NCBI RefSeq assembly: GCF_009914755.1
Contig: NC_060929.1
Source: the human T2T-CHM13v2.0 reference genome, Homo sapiens
Strand: one strand, 5' to 3'
DNA length: 64,000 bases
The position numbers were made by a program, and so were the translations under genes. Positions 1-14,441 of the stretch are shown piece by piece (within the stretch, counting starts at the first letter, position 1; the number at the start of each line of letters is the position of its first letter). The notes below the pieces were generated by a model, which saw nothing but the letters and a program-made list of their open reading frames with translations, had not been told where the DNA came from and searched no databases.

Positions 1-421
1 TTTAAGAAATCTAAACTACACTAAGCCGTCAGCGAGATAAAAGGAACCCAAGAGAGAGGAATCAGGAAAGCAAGTGGACAAAGGAGGATGCCACATACCA
101 TGTTCAGAGGCGTCTTAGGATCTCTCTCCCAGGTCATGATTGGCTTTGGCAAGAGCAGTTTTGAGAAAGCACTGGAGTAACACATCAGCTTGGAGTAGAC
201 TGAGGAAGGACAGGGCAGTGAAGAGGTGGAAGGAGTGAAGTGTGTATAACACTTTTAAGGAGAGTGGCTGGGAAAGGAGACTATAACAGTGGCTGGGTCA
301 AGGGAAGGTTTGTCTGTTAGGTTCTTGCTTTTTCTGCTCTATTTCTTAGAGTGAGGGGCTGAGAGGCTACATAACTCTATGTAATGAGTCTTGGAAATAA
401 TCCAATAGCGAGAGACACTTA

Positions 422-734
<313 letters not shown>

Positions 735-1499
735 AGTCAAGAAAGAGAAGAAACAACTGAGGAACAAAAGCTCTGAGCTTCCAACAGAGCTGAGCTCTGG
801 AGCAGGAATAGAAGGATGTACCCTGAGGAGGCTGGCATTTCCTCTCTGGTACCTCATCTGGTACCTCCAGATGCCTCTCTGGGAGAGACATCACCCAGGG
901 ACCACAGCCCTGACATGCTCCACAAGGGATCTTTCAGGAAGAAAAAACATTTTAATTTTTCAAAATCTCCAGAGCCATGATAATTGGAAGCCTTATAGGT
1001 TTTAAGATGTTTAAAAAAAAATGCCTATTCATGAACACTATATGTTTTGGGATGCTGAGGTCCTATCAGCTAACAAAACAACTATGTTTACTGATTTGCT
1101 GACAATACCATTTAAGAGCCCTCAAATTATTCCTCTAAGGCAAAAAACCCCCCAAGGCTCTGTGTTTTATTATTTCTATTTATAGTAGTAAAAACTCAAT
1201 CCACAGATTCAAATAAACAATGCAGAATGCAATGAAGTCAAATGAATGCGCTTAAAATGCATTACTAAATAACCCTTCACAAACGAATTCCCATAGGCTT
1301 TATGTCTGTACATATGCCGCTAAGTGCTTACTTAACTCAAGGACACTCCCATCCCAGCAGACAGTCCAAGGACATGAGCAGAGGCCTGTATCTGTGCAGC
1401 AGGCCAGGAACAGCCCGGAGCCAGAGGGGTCTCCTAAAGAGTTTCTGAGAATGGGACTGTATCTGGTTTCTGGAAGTTAATGTTGGAAATGTAAAGCTT

Positions 1500-1975
1500 C
1501 ACAGAAGCATTTGCTCCTTCTTTAACAAATATGTACTGGATATCTACCATGTGCCAGCCATGGCTCTAAGTGCTGAGAACATTGCATAATAAAACAATCC
1601 TTGCCCAGAATGAGCTTCCACTCAAGATGACTGAAAGAGTGAATCAACAGAAAAGGGCAGTCAATGCATGCCTGGAAAGTGTTAACTTCTCACCCGCTTC
1701 ATGGCTACCTCCCCTGTACAAGTCTCACTTAGATTGCTACCATAGCCCCCTCTACCTAGTCATTCAACTTCCACTTGGCCCCTCTAGGGTCTCTTCTCCA
1801 CAGAGCAGCCAGACAGTTGCTCTTCAATTATTAAGTCATATCTTGCTAAAGCTCTGCTTCACACGCTCAGATGGCTTTCCAACTTATATTTACAATGGAT
1901 ATTCTGAACAAAATGTAAACTTACATTCACACCTTACAAGGCTCCACCACTCTCTGACTTCATAACCTGTCACTT
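1500..1975. mobile_element. L2 fragments
   Basis: Degenerate L2 3'-region motifs (AACAAATATGTACTG...TGTGCCAGCCATGG; CAGAGCAGCCAGA...CTTGCTAAAGCTCT). Confidence 0.55.
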
Positions 1976-1979
1976 TCCC

Positions 1980-2380
1980 TGGGGTAGACTGCAAAACTGG
2001 CCACATGAGCGGCAGCTCCTCCCATCAAGAGCTGGAATCTATTTCCCCACCCCTTGAATCTAGGGTTGGCTGTGAGACTGGCTTTGACCAGTATAATGTG
2101 GCAGAGGTCACCTGCCACGTCAACAAGCATGAAATAACTTCTTGGAGGATGAGAGGCCAGTGTGGACCAGAGATAAGCCGCCCCACTTGAGATCTCAAAG
2201 ACCAGTCAGCACTCAGTGTCCTGGCAGCTTCTAGAGATATGCACGAGCCCAGTCAAGACCAAAAGAACTGCCCAGCTGAGCCCAGTCAACTTGCTAACAG
2301 GTTAGTGAGCTAAATAAATGGTGGTTGTTCTAAACCATTAACTTTGGGATGCTTTGTTATGTGGAAAAGCTAACTGATAT
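1980..2380 (+). mobile_element. MaLR solo LTR (MLT1F/G-like)
   Basis: CCCATCAAGAG..GAATCTATTTCCCCACCCCTTGAATCT motif, AATAAA at ~2313, typical MLT1 end (GCTAACTGATA). Confidence 0.75.
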
Positions 2381-2389
2381 ATCCCTCTT

Positions 2390-2830
2390 TATCCACTTTG
2401 TTCCCCGCACACTGACTTCCTTACTGTTAAATAAATACAAGTATATTTTGCACTTTGTGCTTGCTATTCCTGATAATAGCATCCCTCACACAGACAGCCA
2501 ACATGTATCACTCCCTTCAGATTTCTGCCCAACTATGATCCATCAGTGAGGCCCTCCCTTAATACATTCATTATACAGAAGTACAAACACAACTCCAGCC
2601 AAGCATTCCTTTGTTTTTTTTGCCTGAGGTTTGTCACCGTGTGACGTACTATATTTACTATTTATTTATTCATTTTTAATATGCCTTGCCCATTAGACTG
2701 TAAGTCTCATGAGAGCCAGGACTTTCTTTCGTTTTATTCATCCCTATGTCTCCAGTAACTAACACAGTGGTTGGCATATGGTAGGAACACAGTATATACT
2801 CGTTACGTAAACAAGTAAATAAATGAATGA
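2390..2830 (+). mobile_element. L2 3' end
   Basis: ATTAGACTGTAAGTCTCATGAGAGCCAGGACT...CACAGTGGTTGGCATATGGTAGG...AAATGAATGA tail. Confidence 0.7.
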
Positions 2831-3249
2831 AACAAATCAGAAAATATAAAATAGCAATAACTACTATAGAGAGATTTAAAATAAGGTGAATGGGTAGTAG
2901 GAAGCAGGAGCCTACTCTAGATTCGTTAGTGACAGAAGGCATCACTGAAGAGGTGACATTTGAGTGGATACCTGAATAAATTCAAGTTCTTCTAATTACA
3001 GAAGGGCCAAGGTACAAGTAAGTGTCACACTAGCAGTGTTGCTGTTCTCAACGGCAGCTAACTGTGCTGCAATGGCCCAGTGAACAGTCTCCATTCATAG
3101 ATCCAAAAATCAAAGCTAATGTGTTTATGCTCAGTAAAATAAGCTTACCTCTCCTGAAGCAGGCAGACTGTATCTTCACCACTCCATCAACCCTACCATC
3201 AATATTATTGTAGCAATACTATCACAGCTGTCCATAATAACAGTGCTAA

Positions 3250-3460
3250 CACTTTTGAGCAACCGCACTCTGCCAGGTACTAGTCTATGTACAATACAGA
3301 CTGCAGCTCATTGGTGCTATTATGATGCTCTTTTGAGTACTCACTGGTGCTCTTTTTAATTCTCCTAGAAACTAGAAGACAGAGAATTTAGGTACTCTGT
3401 CCAAAGGCACCTGGCTAAAAAGCAGTAGGGTTGGATTTACATGCAGGCAATTTGTCTCTG
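3250..3460 (-). mobile_element. MIR fragment
   Basis: Degenerate MIR core (GAAACTAGAAGACAGAGAATTTAGGTACTCTGTCCAAAGG). Confidence 0.55.
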
Positions 3461-4494
3461 ACACCCCTACCCTTTCTCACCCACTGTACATGACTTCACA
3501 TCAATCACCCACACCAATCACCCAATGCCTTATTCAGAAATTTGACAGAAGGAAACTTCTGGGCCTTGGTCCCTAAGCATCACACTTTCCCAGGGAAAGC
3601 ATGCACACGTATAAGCATGCACTGGGTCTGAGTCTGGACAGAAAAAGGAGTTCCTCCAAGGAGAGAACTGAGATGCTTCTCCATGGTCTTCATTATGAGA
3701 GCCAGTCTTGCCATGCCACCTACTGTCCAAGTTCCAGTATCCTCCTTTGGTCAGCAATCTGGAATACCAGTGCTCATCACATGTGTGGTCTTTGTGTTTA
3801 CTAGCTTAAAGCCAAGCAGAAATAAGTAATACTTACATTTTTAGGACAAGAAGAATTCAACAAATGTTAACAGTGTACAATGTGGCTTTCTTGTCTCCAT
3901 GCCCAATGACCACCTTGTCTTTCTATCTTAAAATAATGCTCATAACAGTTTTGATCCACACCATCTGGATCCCTTGTGCAATCCTGTGGTTTTCCCTTCC
4001 TCGTCTCTAGCCTCCTGTCCCAACACCACACGTGCTGCAGTGGCCCTCAGCCTCGCCACCCACTCCTTCCTAGTTACAGATTAAACCCCTGTGGTAGTAA
4101 AGTGAGGAGTCGGGTGAGATGAAGGTTTGCTGGCCTCATTTCAGAGTGGAAAGCACATCATCAAAGGAGAGGGCCACAGAGATGTTTAAAAACCATCAGA
4201 CCCCACACTTGTGCCCATGTTCTCTTAAAAGATACCTCCCCAGGAGCCACACTTTGCTAAGCCAGAAAGGCTGGATTATACTATGTTAGTTTCGCATGTA
4301 TTGCCCAGACAAGTCTTTCTTTCAGTGTTGATGCTGTGAGGCTGTAAATGCAGTGGGATTTCCTCATGAGCTGGCCCTTGTCCCTCCCACTGAAAAACTA
4401 CTTATTCTTCAAAGTCAGCTCCTCCAGCGCAAGTCCATTCCCTCTTCCGAACCCTTTGCTTCTTGTCTGTTCAATTTATTGCCTGCATACAGTA

Positions 4495-4894
4495 TGTTAT
4501 GGGCTGAACTGTGACCTCTCAGATACTTACATGTTGAAATCCTAAGCCCCGGTACTTTACAATGTGGCTGCATTTGGAGATAGGGTGTTTGCAAAATTGA
4601 TGAAGGTGAAATGAGGTCATTCGGGTGGGTCCTAATCTCAAATGACTGGTCTCCTTATAAGAAGAGGAGATTAGGATATGGGTACAGAGGGAAGACCTCG
4701 TGAAAACCCAGGAGGACAGCCATCTGCAAGCCAAGCAGAGATGCCCTGAACAGACCTTCATAGCCCTCAGAAGGAAACAATTTTGCTGACACCTTGACCT
4801 CTGATTTCTAGCCTCTACAAGTGTGAAACAATAAATTTCTGTTGTCTAAGCTGCTCAGTTTACTTTGTTACAGTAGCCCACACAAACTAATACA
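4495..4894 (+). mobile_element. MaLR solo LTR (MLT1B-like)
   Basis: TGTTATGGGCTGAACTGTG start, TTTGGAGATAGGG, CCTTATAAGAAGAGG, AATAAATTTCTGTTG, ends ACTAATACA. Confidence 0.85.
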
Positions 4895-6973
4895 CCATAC
4901 ATGGTTTTGAGATAGTCCTGTGTGGCCTTGTCACTGAACTCTTAAGAGTTTTATTTTATAGCTTGATTTGGTTGCATGGTGATGTTGCAGTGATTGTATT
5001 ATTATTTAAACTGTGTGGGCTCATTTCTATGACAAGCTATAAGGCCAGAAGCCACGTATTCATATACTGCCTCATAGATACCTGCTGCAGCATCTCCGAT
5101 CATCATAATGTCAGTGTTCAGCAGAATTTGCAGAATGAAAGATGGATTTGCAAGAGACTATTTTTAACATGTGCTCCCTTGCTATATTAAATATAAGTCA
5201 CAGCCTTCTTTAATTAATAGGTATAGAGACCCACCTTTTACAATTCAATATGTGGCATGAAAAATACACAGATACATATGGATCAATGGGATAGAACATT
5301 TAAATCAGGACTGTGTGGGGGAAGTCCAGCACACTACCTTCCTCCAAAAAAAAACAAGAATTGCAACATATCAGGTTTTGTATGTTTACAAAGTTATCAA
5401 GCCGAAATCTTTAAAACAGGCTAATGTTTGAACTCAGGAGACAACGAGAGTGACGTTGCAGGCCTGGGAAGTTCATTTTAAGAGCTTCTGAGCATGGAAT
5501 GACCAGGATGGGAAGCAGCATGGCCTGGGAACAATGGAGTGAATTTACGAGAAGTTGTAAGGAAAAAAAGATGGAAGAAGAAAATGAGGAACTGCTACCT
5601 AGAACCTAAGGGTTCTGAACACCAAGAATTATCTATGTAAAGTGACTCACAGGAGGGACTATTAGCAAGAAGGACGAGGCAGGACTGGATGACCGGGATT
5701 GTTGGATAAACTTTTGAAATTGATTTCTGTTATGGAAAAGGAAGAAAAGTTCACACACAGCTCCAGACAACGGTTCAAGGGTATCACTTGTTAGAATGTA
5801 GTGGGGACAGGATTTCAGGGAGTTTAGTTCATCCTGAACTCAAAAGTAAGACACGGGAATCCAGGCAAAATTGGCCTTTCTTCATTACCCCAGGAGAAGA
5901 CAGAACCATCAGTCAGGATGCAGACAGCCACCAATGAAGTTTCTACATGGGTCTGGGAAAGGGATTGCTTAATAGACTTGCAGAGAATACAACAGTATGT
6001 TTTCTAGAAATGGAGTCAAAACTGGAGGCATGTTCTATTTCCCACAGAGAAGGGTAAAAGATGCTATCTCAAGGAACTTTACTTCCATTCATGTCAGTGA
6101 TACCTACAGAGAGAATTCTTAGACATTCAGTCACCAATTCAGGACAATTAAAACCTCAAGATAAAATCTGAATTTGTATCATTAGTTTATATCTTGAACA
6201 CAACACACTTAGGGGCAAGATTCATAATTAACAATAGAATATGTAAATCCATACTTCTAATAACCTCTTAGTCGTTTCTAAGTTTTTGGCTGGCATTCTG
6301 TCGATCTGATTAGATTGTCATTATTTTCTCTAGAAACATGGCTGCACTAGTGTCAGGAATGTTGGCTTGGCCACATTCTTATTGTTTGATTAGGTTTGCA
6401 TTATTATAATTGCCTTCAATCTGAGGTTTCTTCGCAAGAATATTTTTCAGACTCTTGGCAGTTGTGTGACAGCAAAGTGGTGTTTAAGCCATACATCGTA
6501 ATTTGCAATTCCAACTCAATAGCCCCCCGATAACTGTGATATGTCACTCTAGGCTGAAATGTAACACATGAGGGTGACACTGCTGATAGCTTATTGATGG
6601 CCATCTGATGTTTGAACTGAATACTGGGCCCAAAGCCAATCTGTATATTAAACATTGGGAAAGCTGCTGTGGTATGAATTGAGGATAATACATGTCACTA
6701 TCCAGAACCGAGATATCTCACAGTTCATGTTCAACACATCCTATTATCATCATTATCCTGGAACTCTCTATGCGATAAAGAGTCCCCAAAATGGCCCCCT
6801 GCAATGTGGGTTTTAAAGCATAGAATTAACTTCCCAGTAATGTTTGGGGCTGCCATGAGGAATCCAGTCTCAAGCCTAGTCCCCAGGAATGGACTTGGAG
6901 CTTTTAAAGGCAGCCAAGACCTTAGGACTAGGTCCTTCATGGTCACCTCTCAGCTGGTGCACCCTGGCACACT

Positions 6974-6976
<3 letters not shown>

Positions 6977-7016
<40 letters not shown>
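6977..7016. repeat. (TG)20 microsatellite
   Basis: Perfect dinucleotide run. Confidence 0.97.
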
Positions 7017-7018
<2 letters not shown>

Positions 7019-10000
7019 CATATTGACCACTGCTTTATTACAATATCAAAGGGGCCCATGTCAAGAAGCCAAGAATAAGTGGCCCAATTGTGAGGAAATC
7101 CAACTACATTTGTTCTATGAAGGAAAGAAAAGCTACATAAGAAAGGCAGAGGAAATGTAGTACAAATCCCTTATGGGTTAACTTGACACACACCAGTAGG
7201 TGTGCAAAGTAAGCTGCACTTGTACTTTTATCCATAAGAAAGGCACAGCAAAGAAGTGTTTTGCCTGAAATCTGTAGATACTACGTCAATGTAATGAGAA
7301 TTTCCTCATTTCGATTTGTGAACATAACTTCTTGCTTGCCAGCTTTAAGAGACTAATTCGAATAAGTGTTCACTGTAAGGGATTCAGATGAATCCCTTAA
7401 CTGTTAGAGTTGTTAGTGTTGGTTTCTTAAATAACATCACTCTGGCCAACAGTTACTGCTCACAATTAAGTACTGTAACCTAGTACAGTCAAGCAGTCAT
7501 TGTTAATGAAGGGATAAAGAATCCATCACTGCAACATAAACTACAAATGGTTTTAAGCTGGGGTAGTGAGTGAAAGAGGCAGAGATCATCTGACATAGAA
7601 AGAAAGGAAAGAGAATTGAGAATTAAGATAAATCATTTTCTGATTAGCATGGTGCTCCCCAATTCCATGAGGCAACATGCCAAGAATGTATCATATAAAT
7701 GCCACTAATTAAAAACAAAATAATTTACTAGAAAATGTTGGCAGATAAACTAATTTTTAATTTTTAACACATGATTTATTTTGTACTTTATTCCAAGTTA
7801 TAATACTTTGCATCTGGAATTAAGCTTAAGTTCTTAACTGCAAAGCCCCGATTTAATACTTCTCATTGTTATAACAGCTACTTCTTTATGCCCTGCATAG
7901 ACATTTTATAAAGAAGAACTGACTGCTTATAATGATAGGGAAAAACTATGAGTATATGGTGGTTCTAAATTCGCTAGGGCAAAAAAGCTAAAAGATACTA
8001 TATTCTTTCTCCAGTCTTTGGTCCTGTGTACAGCATTTCAAATATTTCAAAGTTTCTCATGCAATGGGACACACAGGGTTAAGATTCTAATGAGTGCTGA
8101 CATGAAATCAGTTCACCCTATGAACTACTCACCATAATAAAATTCATTGTGTGTTCCAACCTTAAGGAACGGTATTTTCAAAAGCTCTGCTTTTGTTAGC
8201 ATCTACCATTACTAGGTGTTAACATTTTAGAAGAAGTCAAATTAACAACTTGATTCAGGCATTAAAAATTGGGGGAATATTTTTAAGGGGTCATAAATTT
8301 TTAATAACAACATAAATCTACCTGCTTACATCACCTTAGCTCAGTCAGAAAAAAGGCATCTCCCCAGTGGCTCGTCCAAATAATGAGTTATGGTGATAAA
8401 GTAGCATATCTAGAGTAATATAAACTATTCAAGTTTCACAGGGTTAGGTGGACAACAGGACTTAATGGATATGTGCAGTCACAGAGGTTGAATACTCAAC
8501 TAGCATGTGTTAAGGAGGCCAGGCTTACTAGACGTTATAGTCATTGCTGAGTTTCAGGCACAGAACAGGGACTGCCAATGCTCATCAAACATCCTGCCTT
8601 TTCCTGCAGTCAGGTTGGTGCAACGTGACTAAGTGGTCAGTCAGATGTAAGTGACCAGATGTCGGTCACACAAGGGCAGGCCATAAAAAACATCTTATGT
8701 GATCCTCTCCCTCGTGGTGACCTTGGAGGCCCCAAGTTCCAGGGGGGATATCTACAAGAGGGAGGAAGACCTTGACTCATACGGAGCTTGAATGTGAGCA
8801 AACGGAACTTTTTACTGGATTAAGCCAGTGAGACTTTGAGATTTGCCCCCAAATCAACACCTAACAAGGCATATCTGAAGAGATCTGGTGAACCGCCTGG
8901 GTCAACACAGTAGAAGTTTATTTGTAGCTTCAAATAACTTCTGGATAAGGAATCAAGGACCACAATTACAATCTGCCATTGTTCCCCAGCAGGGAGGGAC
9001 CGTCCTAACTGTAGTGAGGCATCTGCTTTGCAGATTTCTACTCCAACCCAGCTCCTAAGGCACATGCCTAGTATGTTGTAGGAGAGAAGAGGGGAGAAGA
9101 GATGTGCCAAATACTCTTGATTAGGCCTCCAGACCTCGTCTGTCTTTCTCTGCTTTGTTCTCAATCACAGGATCTGCCCGCCCCTCTGGCTTCTGGTTGA
9201 ACGGGGTCAATGGAGAAGATTTTAGACTATCACACGGAGGAAGTGGAGTGAAGTCAGGGTAGCTGCTCCACTTGCTTTTTCCCTTTCTGGCCATGAACTT
9301 GGCAATGGCTACATTCTCCTACATGCTGCTCATCCCCTCTTTCACAGCTACAGCCTCCAGGAACTCTGTGCCTGCCCCTCCCAGGTGCTAGTGCAGTCCC
9401 TGAGTGCCTGCCATCTCTTGCTGCTGCTTCTAACCCTACTCATACCACCCACGAAACCTGCTGAGGGTTCCATCTGCTTCCTATCAGGGCTGATGCAGGC
9501 TACCTGTATTTTTATTGAAATTTCACAACACAAGGTAGCACTATTTATCTGGTGAAGCACCACCAAACAAGAAAAGGCAGATATCCTCCCTACTCTGACT
9601 CAAGGCTCAGTGCAGCTTGGCTATTTGAAGGCTCCCAGACACACACTGGCACCTGTGAGTGACGGAATAACACTCATATCTCTGGAGGTAAAAGGACCCA
9701 GCAGGGATCACGTTTGTCTGCAAGCAGTTCAAATGCAGGCACAAAAATGTGGCTGGGTACTTGTGCACAGCTTTGCAAGTTGCTGAGGAGCTATCAACTG
9801 CCAAGGTATGCCCAAAGCCACTGAGATAACCCCTAGGGATACCCAGAAATAGATGGGGAAGGGTTTAAAGTTGATCAGGGTCCCACTAAAAGAAGGACGG
9901 GCAAGAACCAGGGAAATAGAATTTAACGTTCTTCATTACCACTTACGTGATTCTAAGCTGGTGTGACCTGAGAAATAATCCTTTTTAGAAGAAGCTGCTA

Positions 10001-10385
10001 TGGGAAAAATCATTGAACATAGAAAGTGTCTTAACAAAAGAAATAACCTCTTTGGAGTGGATTTTAGTTCACTGTTTATATGCCAAACTTGACTGTTTGT
10101 GTGTGTGTATGCATGTGTGTGTGACAACACCATTTCAAATGTGTCATTCAAAGTCCATAATAAAATGTATTCAATATTCAAAAATTTAGAAGAAAAATGT
10201 GAGCAAGCTTGGCCATCTGTTCATGCCAGTAATTCATAAACCATCAATTGTAGACGAATATTTAAGCCTTAGACATTTACTTATTCTGCCCTGTTGTACT
10301 TATTTCCATGTTCAAAACTGTCTTTTATTTTGCACATATGGCCACATCCTTTTCAACATTTATATTTCTATGCAAAGAAGTCCCA

Positions 10386-10769
10386 CTAACCCTTGATTAG
10401 TGAGGGTTGGTCAGAAGACAAGCTTACTGCTTGAGTGGCTCTAATTTTAACAGCATCGTTCAGTCCTTCTACGTGGCAATCAGAACTTACACATCGTTCA
10501 CTGTAGTTCATGCCATTTGCATGAAACTGACATAAGCTGACACTCTGCTGTATATCTTGGCACAATATTGCTTTCATCTCTGGAGTCGGGTGTCTTACAA
10601 ATTTAACAGTGTCAGTTGGGACCGTCCAAAGATATTTACAGGTATGTAAGATTGTAGAATGGCTGGAAATGTTTTCTGTCATCTTCTCATGATTAGCAGT
10701 GTTTGTTTGGTTATATTGGCATTGCTCAGGAAAGCTTTTCCCAGAATAAAGCGTGTCTTTCATTTCTTT
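10386..10769 (-). CDS. Candidate alternative terminal coding exon of MARCHF11 (127 aa)
   Basis: TTTATTTTAATATACTGCTTGATAG| acceptor opens in phase 0 into KEMKDTLYSGKSFPEQ...SDQPSLIKG*. AATAAA on the minus strand at 10329-10324. Not recognisably repeat-derived. Usage is inferred, not shown. Confidence 0.45.
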   Translation of the reverse strand, partial: KEMKDTLYSGKSFPEQCQYNQTNTANHEKMTENISSHSTILHTCKYLWTVPTDTVKFVRHPTPEMKAILCQDIQQSVSLCQFHANGMNYSERCVSSDCHVEGLNDAVKIRATQAVSLSSDQPSLIKG

Positions 10770-11594
10770 CTATCAAGCAGTATATTAAAATAAACCATTT
10801 TTAAAATAATCATTACAATGGGAACAAATTCTTTATTGTTAAGTCAATTGTTTTATATTGAATTAGCTATGCCAAATTTAATTTAACTTAAAGATGTTCA
10901 CATAATATTTATTTTAGAGTTATTTTATATTCTTATTATGCCTTAAGTAAATTATATTTCAAACAACTTGTTGGCTCAGCGATATTTTATTTCTACATTG
11001 AGTTTTAGCAACTCTAAAAAGGCTTTGTAAAAATTAACTGTAGGATGGAATAAGATATTTGCAATACCCTTCTTGAGTTTGTTTTCAGGTATTTCAAGAA
11101 GACATAGTGATTTCCAATTGACATTTATTCCAATAAGTTACAAAATTCTTTTGTTTGAAATCATTTTATGACATCTGGACCAACTTACTTTTATCTTAAG
11201 TGGCACTAGAGATATGTTACCAGAGCGAGGAAAGCCTATCAATGAGATCAGTGTCAAAAAACATAAATAAAAAATTTTAAAACGAGGAAGGAGTCAAATT
11301 TATGCTATGAAATCTGAAATTGATAAAGTTACCATCTCTTCCATTTTTAACATTTCAAGATAACATTTTCAAGAAAATCAATAGATGCAAATTATTTTAA
11401 CAATTACAGAGAAATGAGAGATAATTATTTATTGCCACTAACCTTCTGTCTAACTTCGTTGGGTAAATACAGGTAAAATCTCATTTTAACATATTTAATA
11501 ATTATATCCTGATTCATTTTGGAAATTTGGTCCACTTCTCAGCTAACAATTCATAGTAACTCTTGTACTGATTAAAAGACCGTAAATTCCAGGT

Positions 11595-11598
<4 letters not shown>

Positions 11599-11628
<30 letters not shown>
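11599..11628. repeat. (AC)15 microsatellite
   Basis: Perfect dinucleotide run. Confidence 0.96.
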
Positions 11629-11633
<5 letters not shown>

Positions 11634-12929
11634 ATGTGTTCATCTTTTTTGTTAACCTTTACTCTGTCTTACTAGCCAATAAAGGTTATGAGCACTTCGA
11701 TAAGATTCAGATCCTTAACTTGAACACATTTGCTAAGCTAAATAATTGTGAAATTGTGATTTAAAATGTGCTGGTGATATGTGGGCATTATGAATATAGT
11801 TTTGTTGTTTTGTGCACTTCTGTAAAGATTCTGGCTGGGCAGTTACAGAATATAATTACTGCAGGGTGCTACTAAATAGAGAGGATAAACTGTTCTTGGA
11901 AAAGAAAACTTCTTGGTTCTGGTAAAAATTCTCTTGGTGATGGCATACATGAAAGGAGCAGACATAAAAGGACAAACAAAAATAGCAATTTTATCAGTGT
12001 AAACAACCCAGAAGTGTCATTGAATGGAGTCAGGAATGCTCAAGGTACACTTCTAATTTGTATTGTCATTTTTGGGGTAGAAGACAAATGCCATCACAGG
12101 TTAATCTTAGCACTACTGCCAGGGATCAAACCATGAACTGACGGTCTAACCCCAAATATGTTTATGTAATTTTTACTAGACATCACATTTTCCATTCTCA
12201 TTGAAATTAGTTCACCTTCTAACTCTTTTTGTATCTGACACAAATTATTTTAATGCATATGCCTGAAGGCTCCTGTTAATTTAACAGGCAAATATGATCT
12301 GATATCTTCTTCATTTTAAGTTGATAAGATAATGTTGAATATTTACACGTGCCTTTAAATATACATGTGAAAGCCAGCAGTACCTTGAATATTTCAATCA
12401 GCAGAGGATAGCCTGAATAATAGATAGAAGGGAAAGGTAAATTAACACAAATCAACATGTAATATTAAGGAAAGTGCTATAACAGTTCAAAGTAATTCCT
12501 TAAACAAGTTCAAAATTCTGGTTCTGATGGCAATGACTCCTAATTAATGTTTAAGGAAGAAAGCAAATAACCATCATGAAGAAGTAACATGCAGCAATGC
12601 AGTTTGGTTCAGTAAGCAGTCACATAATCCCCTTTGAATTACCTTCTATGGAGAAATGGGAGTAGAAAACAATTACCTAATAAACTAGTTTGTTATCTGT
12701 AATTTTCTAGACAACAAGAAATCAATTATGGAAACATATTCAATCCATTTTGAACTAGAATAAATATACAAATGTGTAATTATACTAAAAGAAGGGTGAA
12801 AAACATGTGGACCTTGGTATTAGAAAGGAAAGAAAAAATGCAATCTAAAACAAAATGTAATGTTATCAGCAAAGCAATGAGAAGAACTGGTCGGGGGTGG
12901 GAGTGGTGAAGAAAAAGGCAGAGGATTTA

Positions 12930-13060
12930 AGAGACCTGGGTATGAGACCTGTCTTTCAATGACCAACTCTGGAATCATAAATGAGCCGCTCAGCCCCTCT
13001 GGGATTCGGTTTCCTCTGATACAATGACGAAGTTGAACTTGGTGGTCTCCCAGATCCATT
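12930..13060 (+). mobile_element. MIR fragment
   Basis: GACCTGGG...CTCAGCCCCTCTGGGATTCGGTTTCCTC MIR core. Confidence 0.55.
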
Positions 13061-14441
13061 TCAGCTCAAACATTCTGGGAACATTGCCATTTCATGATGG
13101 ACAGCTTAAATGGAAAGATCACTACTTCGTGCTTAAGAACTGGACCATATGTCCTTTTGTTTTTCTAAATACCTACTCAGTTCTAACTTTTGCTGGTGTC
13201 TGGTGTCAGATATTAAGTAGTGGTGATGTGGCATCATTTAAAGGGAGACACAATAATTAAGTAGCAGGTGCTCTGTGGTAAAGTAAAGTTCACTAACGTA
13301 GAAAGAACGAAAAAGGAAAGCAGTGAAGAAGCCACTGACTGCAATCCATGAGTGCCGTTCAGAGACTGGCTACGGGGGATTCATTTCATCCCTGATCCAG
13401 AGCCCCATGGCAAGGGCTCAGAGCATCTACCAACTGTGACTGTGGAGACTGACCAGATGGTGCAGGGGGATGCAGGATGTGTATAAGACTATAAACAGGT
13501 TTACTGCCATGTTCAGAGCCAAGTACCAAATTAGATATTCTCCAGGTGTTTAAATGGCCTAAGAGCAACAATAAGAGGAAATAAGTATACAGCTGAGAAG
13601 GAGAAGGGACACGGTGTGATGAGTGGCCAGCTGGCTATGTTCCTTTTCGTCTGATCTCATCAACCTTCAGGCCAGCCAGGTGGGTCCCAACAGTCCGACT
13701 TAGTACCTGTGCCAGGGTTCCACTCTTTTTGGTCTAGAAGTTTTCACTTCACTTTTGTCTTTAGCTTCTTCCTCCTTAACATGGACCTCATGACCCTTCT
13801 ACAGTGCCTGACATGGCACAGTCAATGATGGACAGTTTGTACACGGACCTCTAGTTGTTGAAAGAATGTTGTTTAAAAGGCAAACTACCAGGATAATGCA
13901 AAAACATTTGACTGACAAGCAAACAAGGGGTTGTATTTGGATATGGATGATTTACATACAAAGTGCTGGGGGAACAAAATAGGGTGAAGTGTTGGCCTGG
14001 ACACCAAGAGTAAGAGAGCTAATGTTTTATTAAAGAAAATGCAAGGACATTTTGGAAAACTTCTTGGAAATCTAAGAAAGTATGAAGGAAGCTATGCTTT
14101 ATAAGAAACAAGAACAGAAAATAACATGGAGAGAAAACTCTTCAAATGAAAAGTTAGTAGGAACAGAGGAAAACACAATTGGCTGCAATAGAAATAAAGA
14201 TAAATAATTGCAAGAAAATAATAAAACATAATAGGCAAATCAAAATTCACACTGCAGTAAGCAACTGACATAAACATGAACAATAGGAATGGATGCAAAA
14301 AATAAAGACGTAGTGAAGGAAATCTTCATGTACTTAATCAGAGTAAAATTAATTTTAAAAAAGTTTATTTGACATATCTTAGAAAAAATAATCAAAAGGA
14401 TGAAGAGATATCCTAAAATGATTTTTTTTTAAGTTGCCTAC

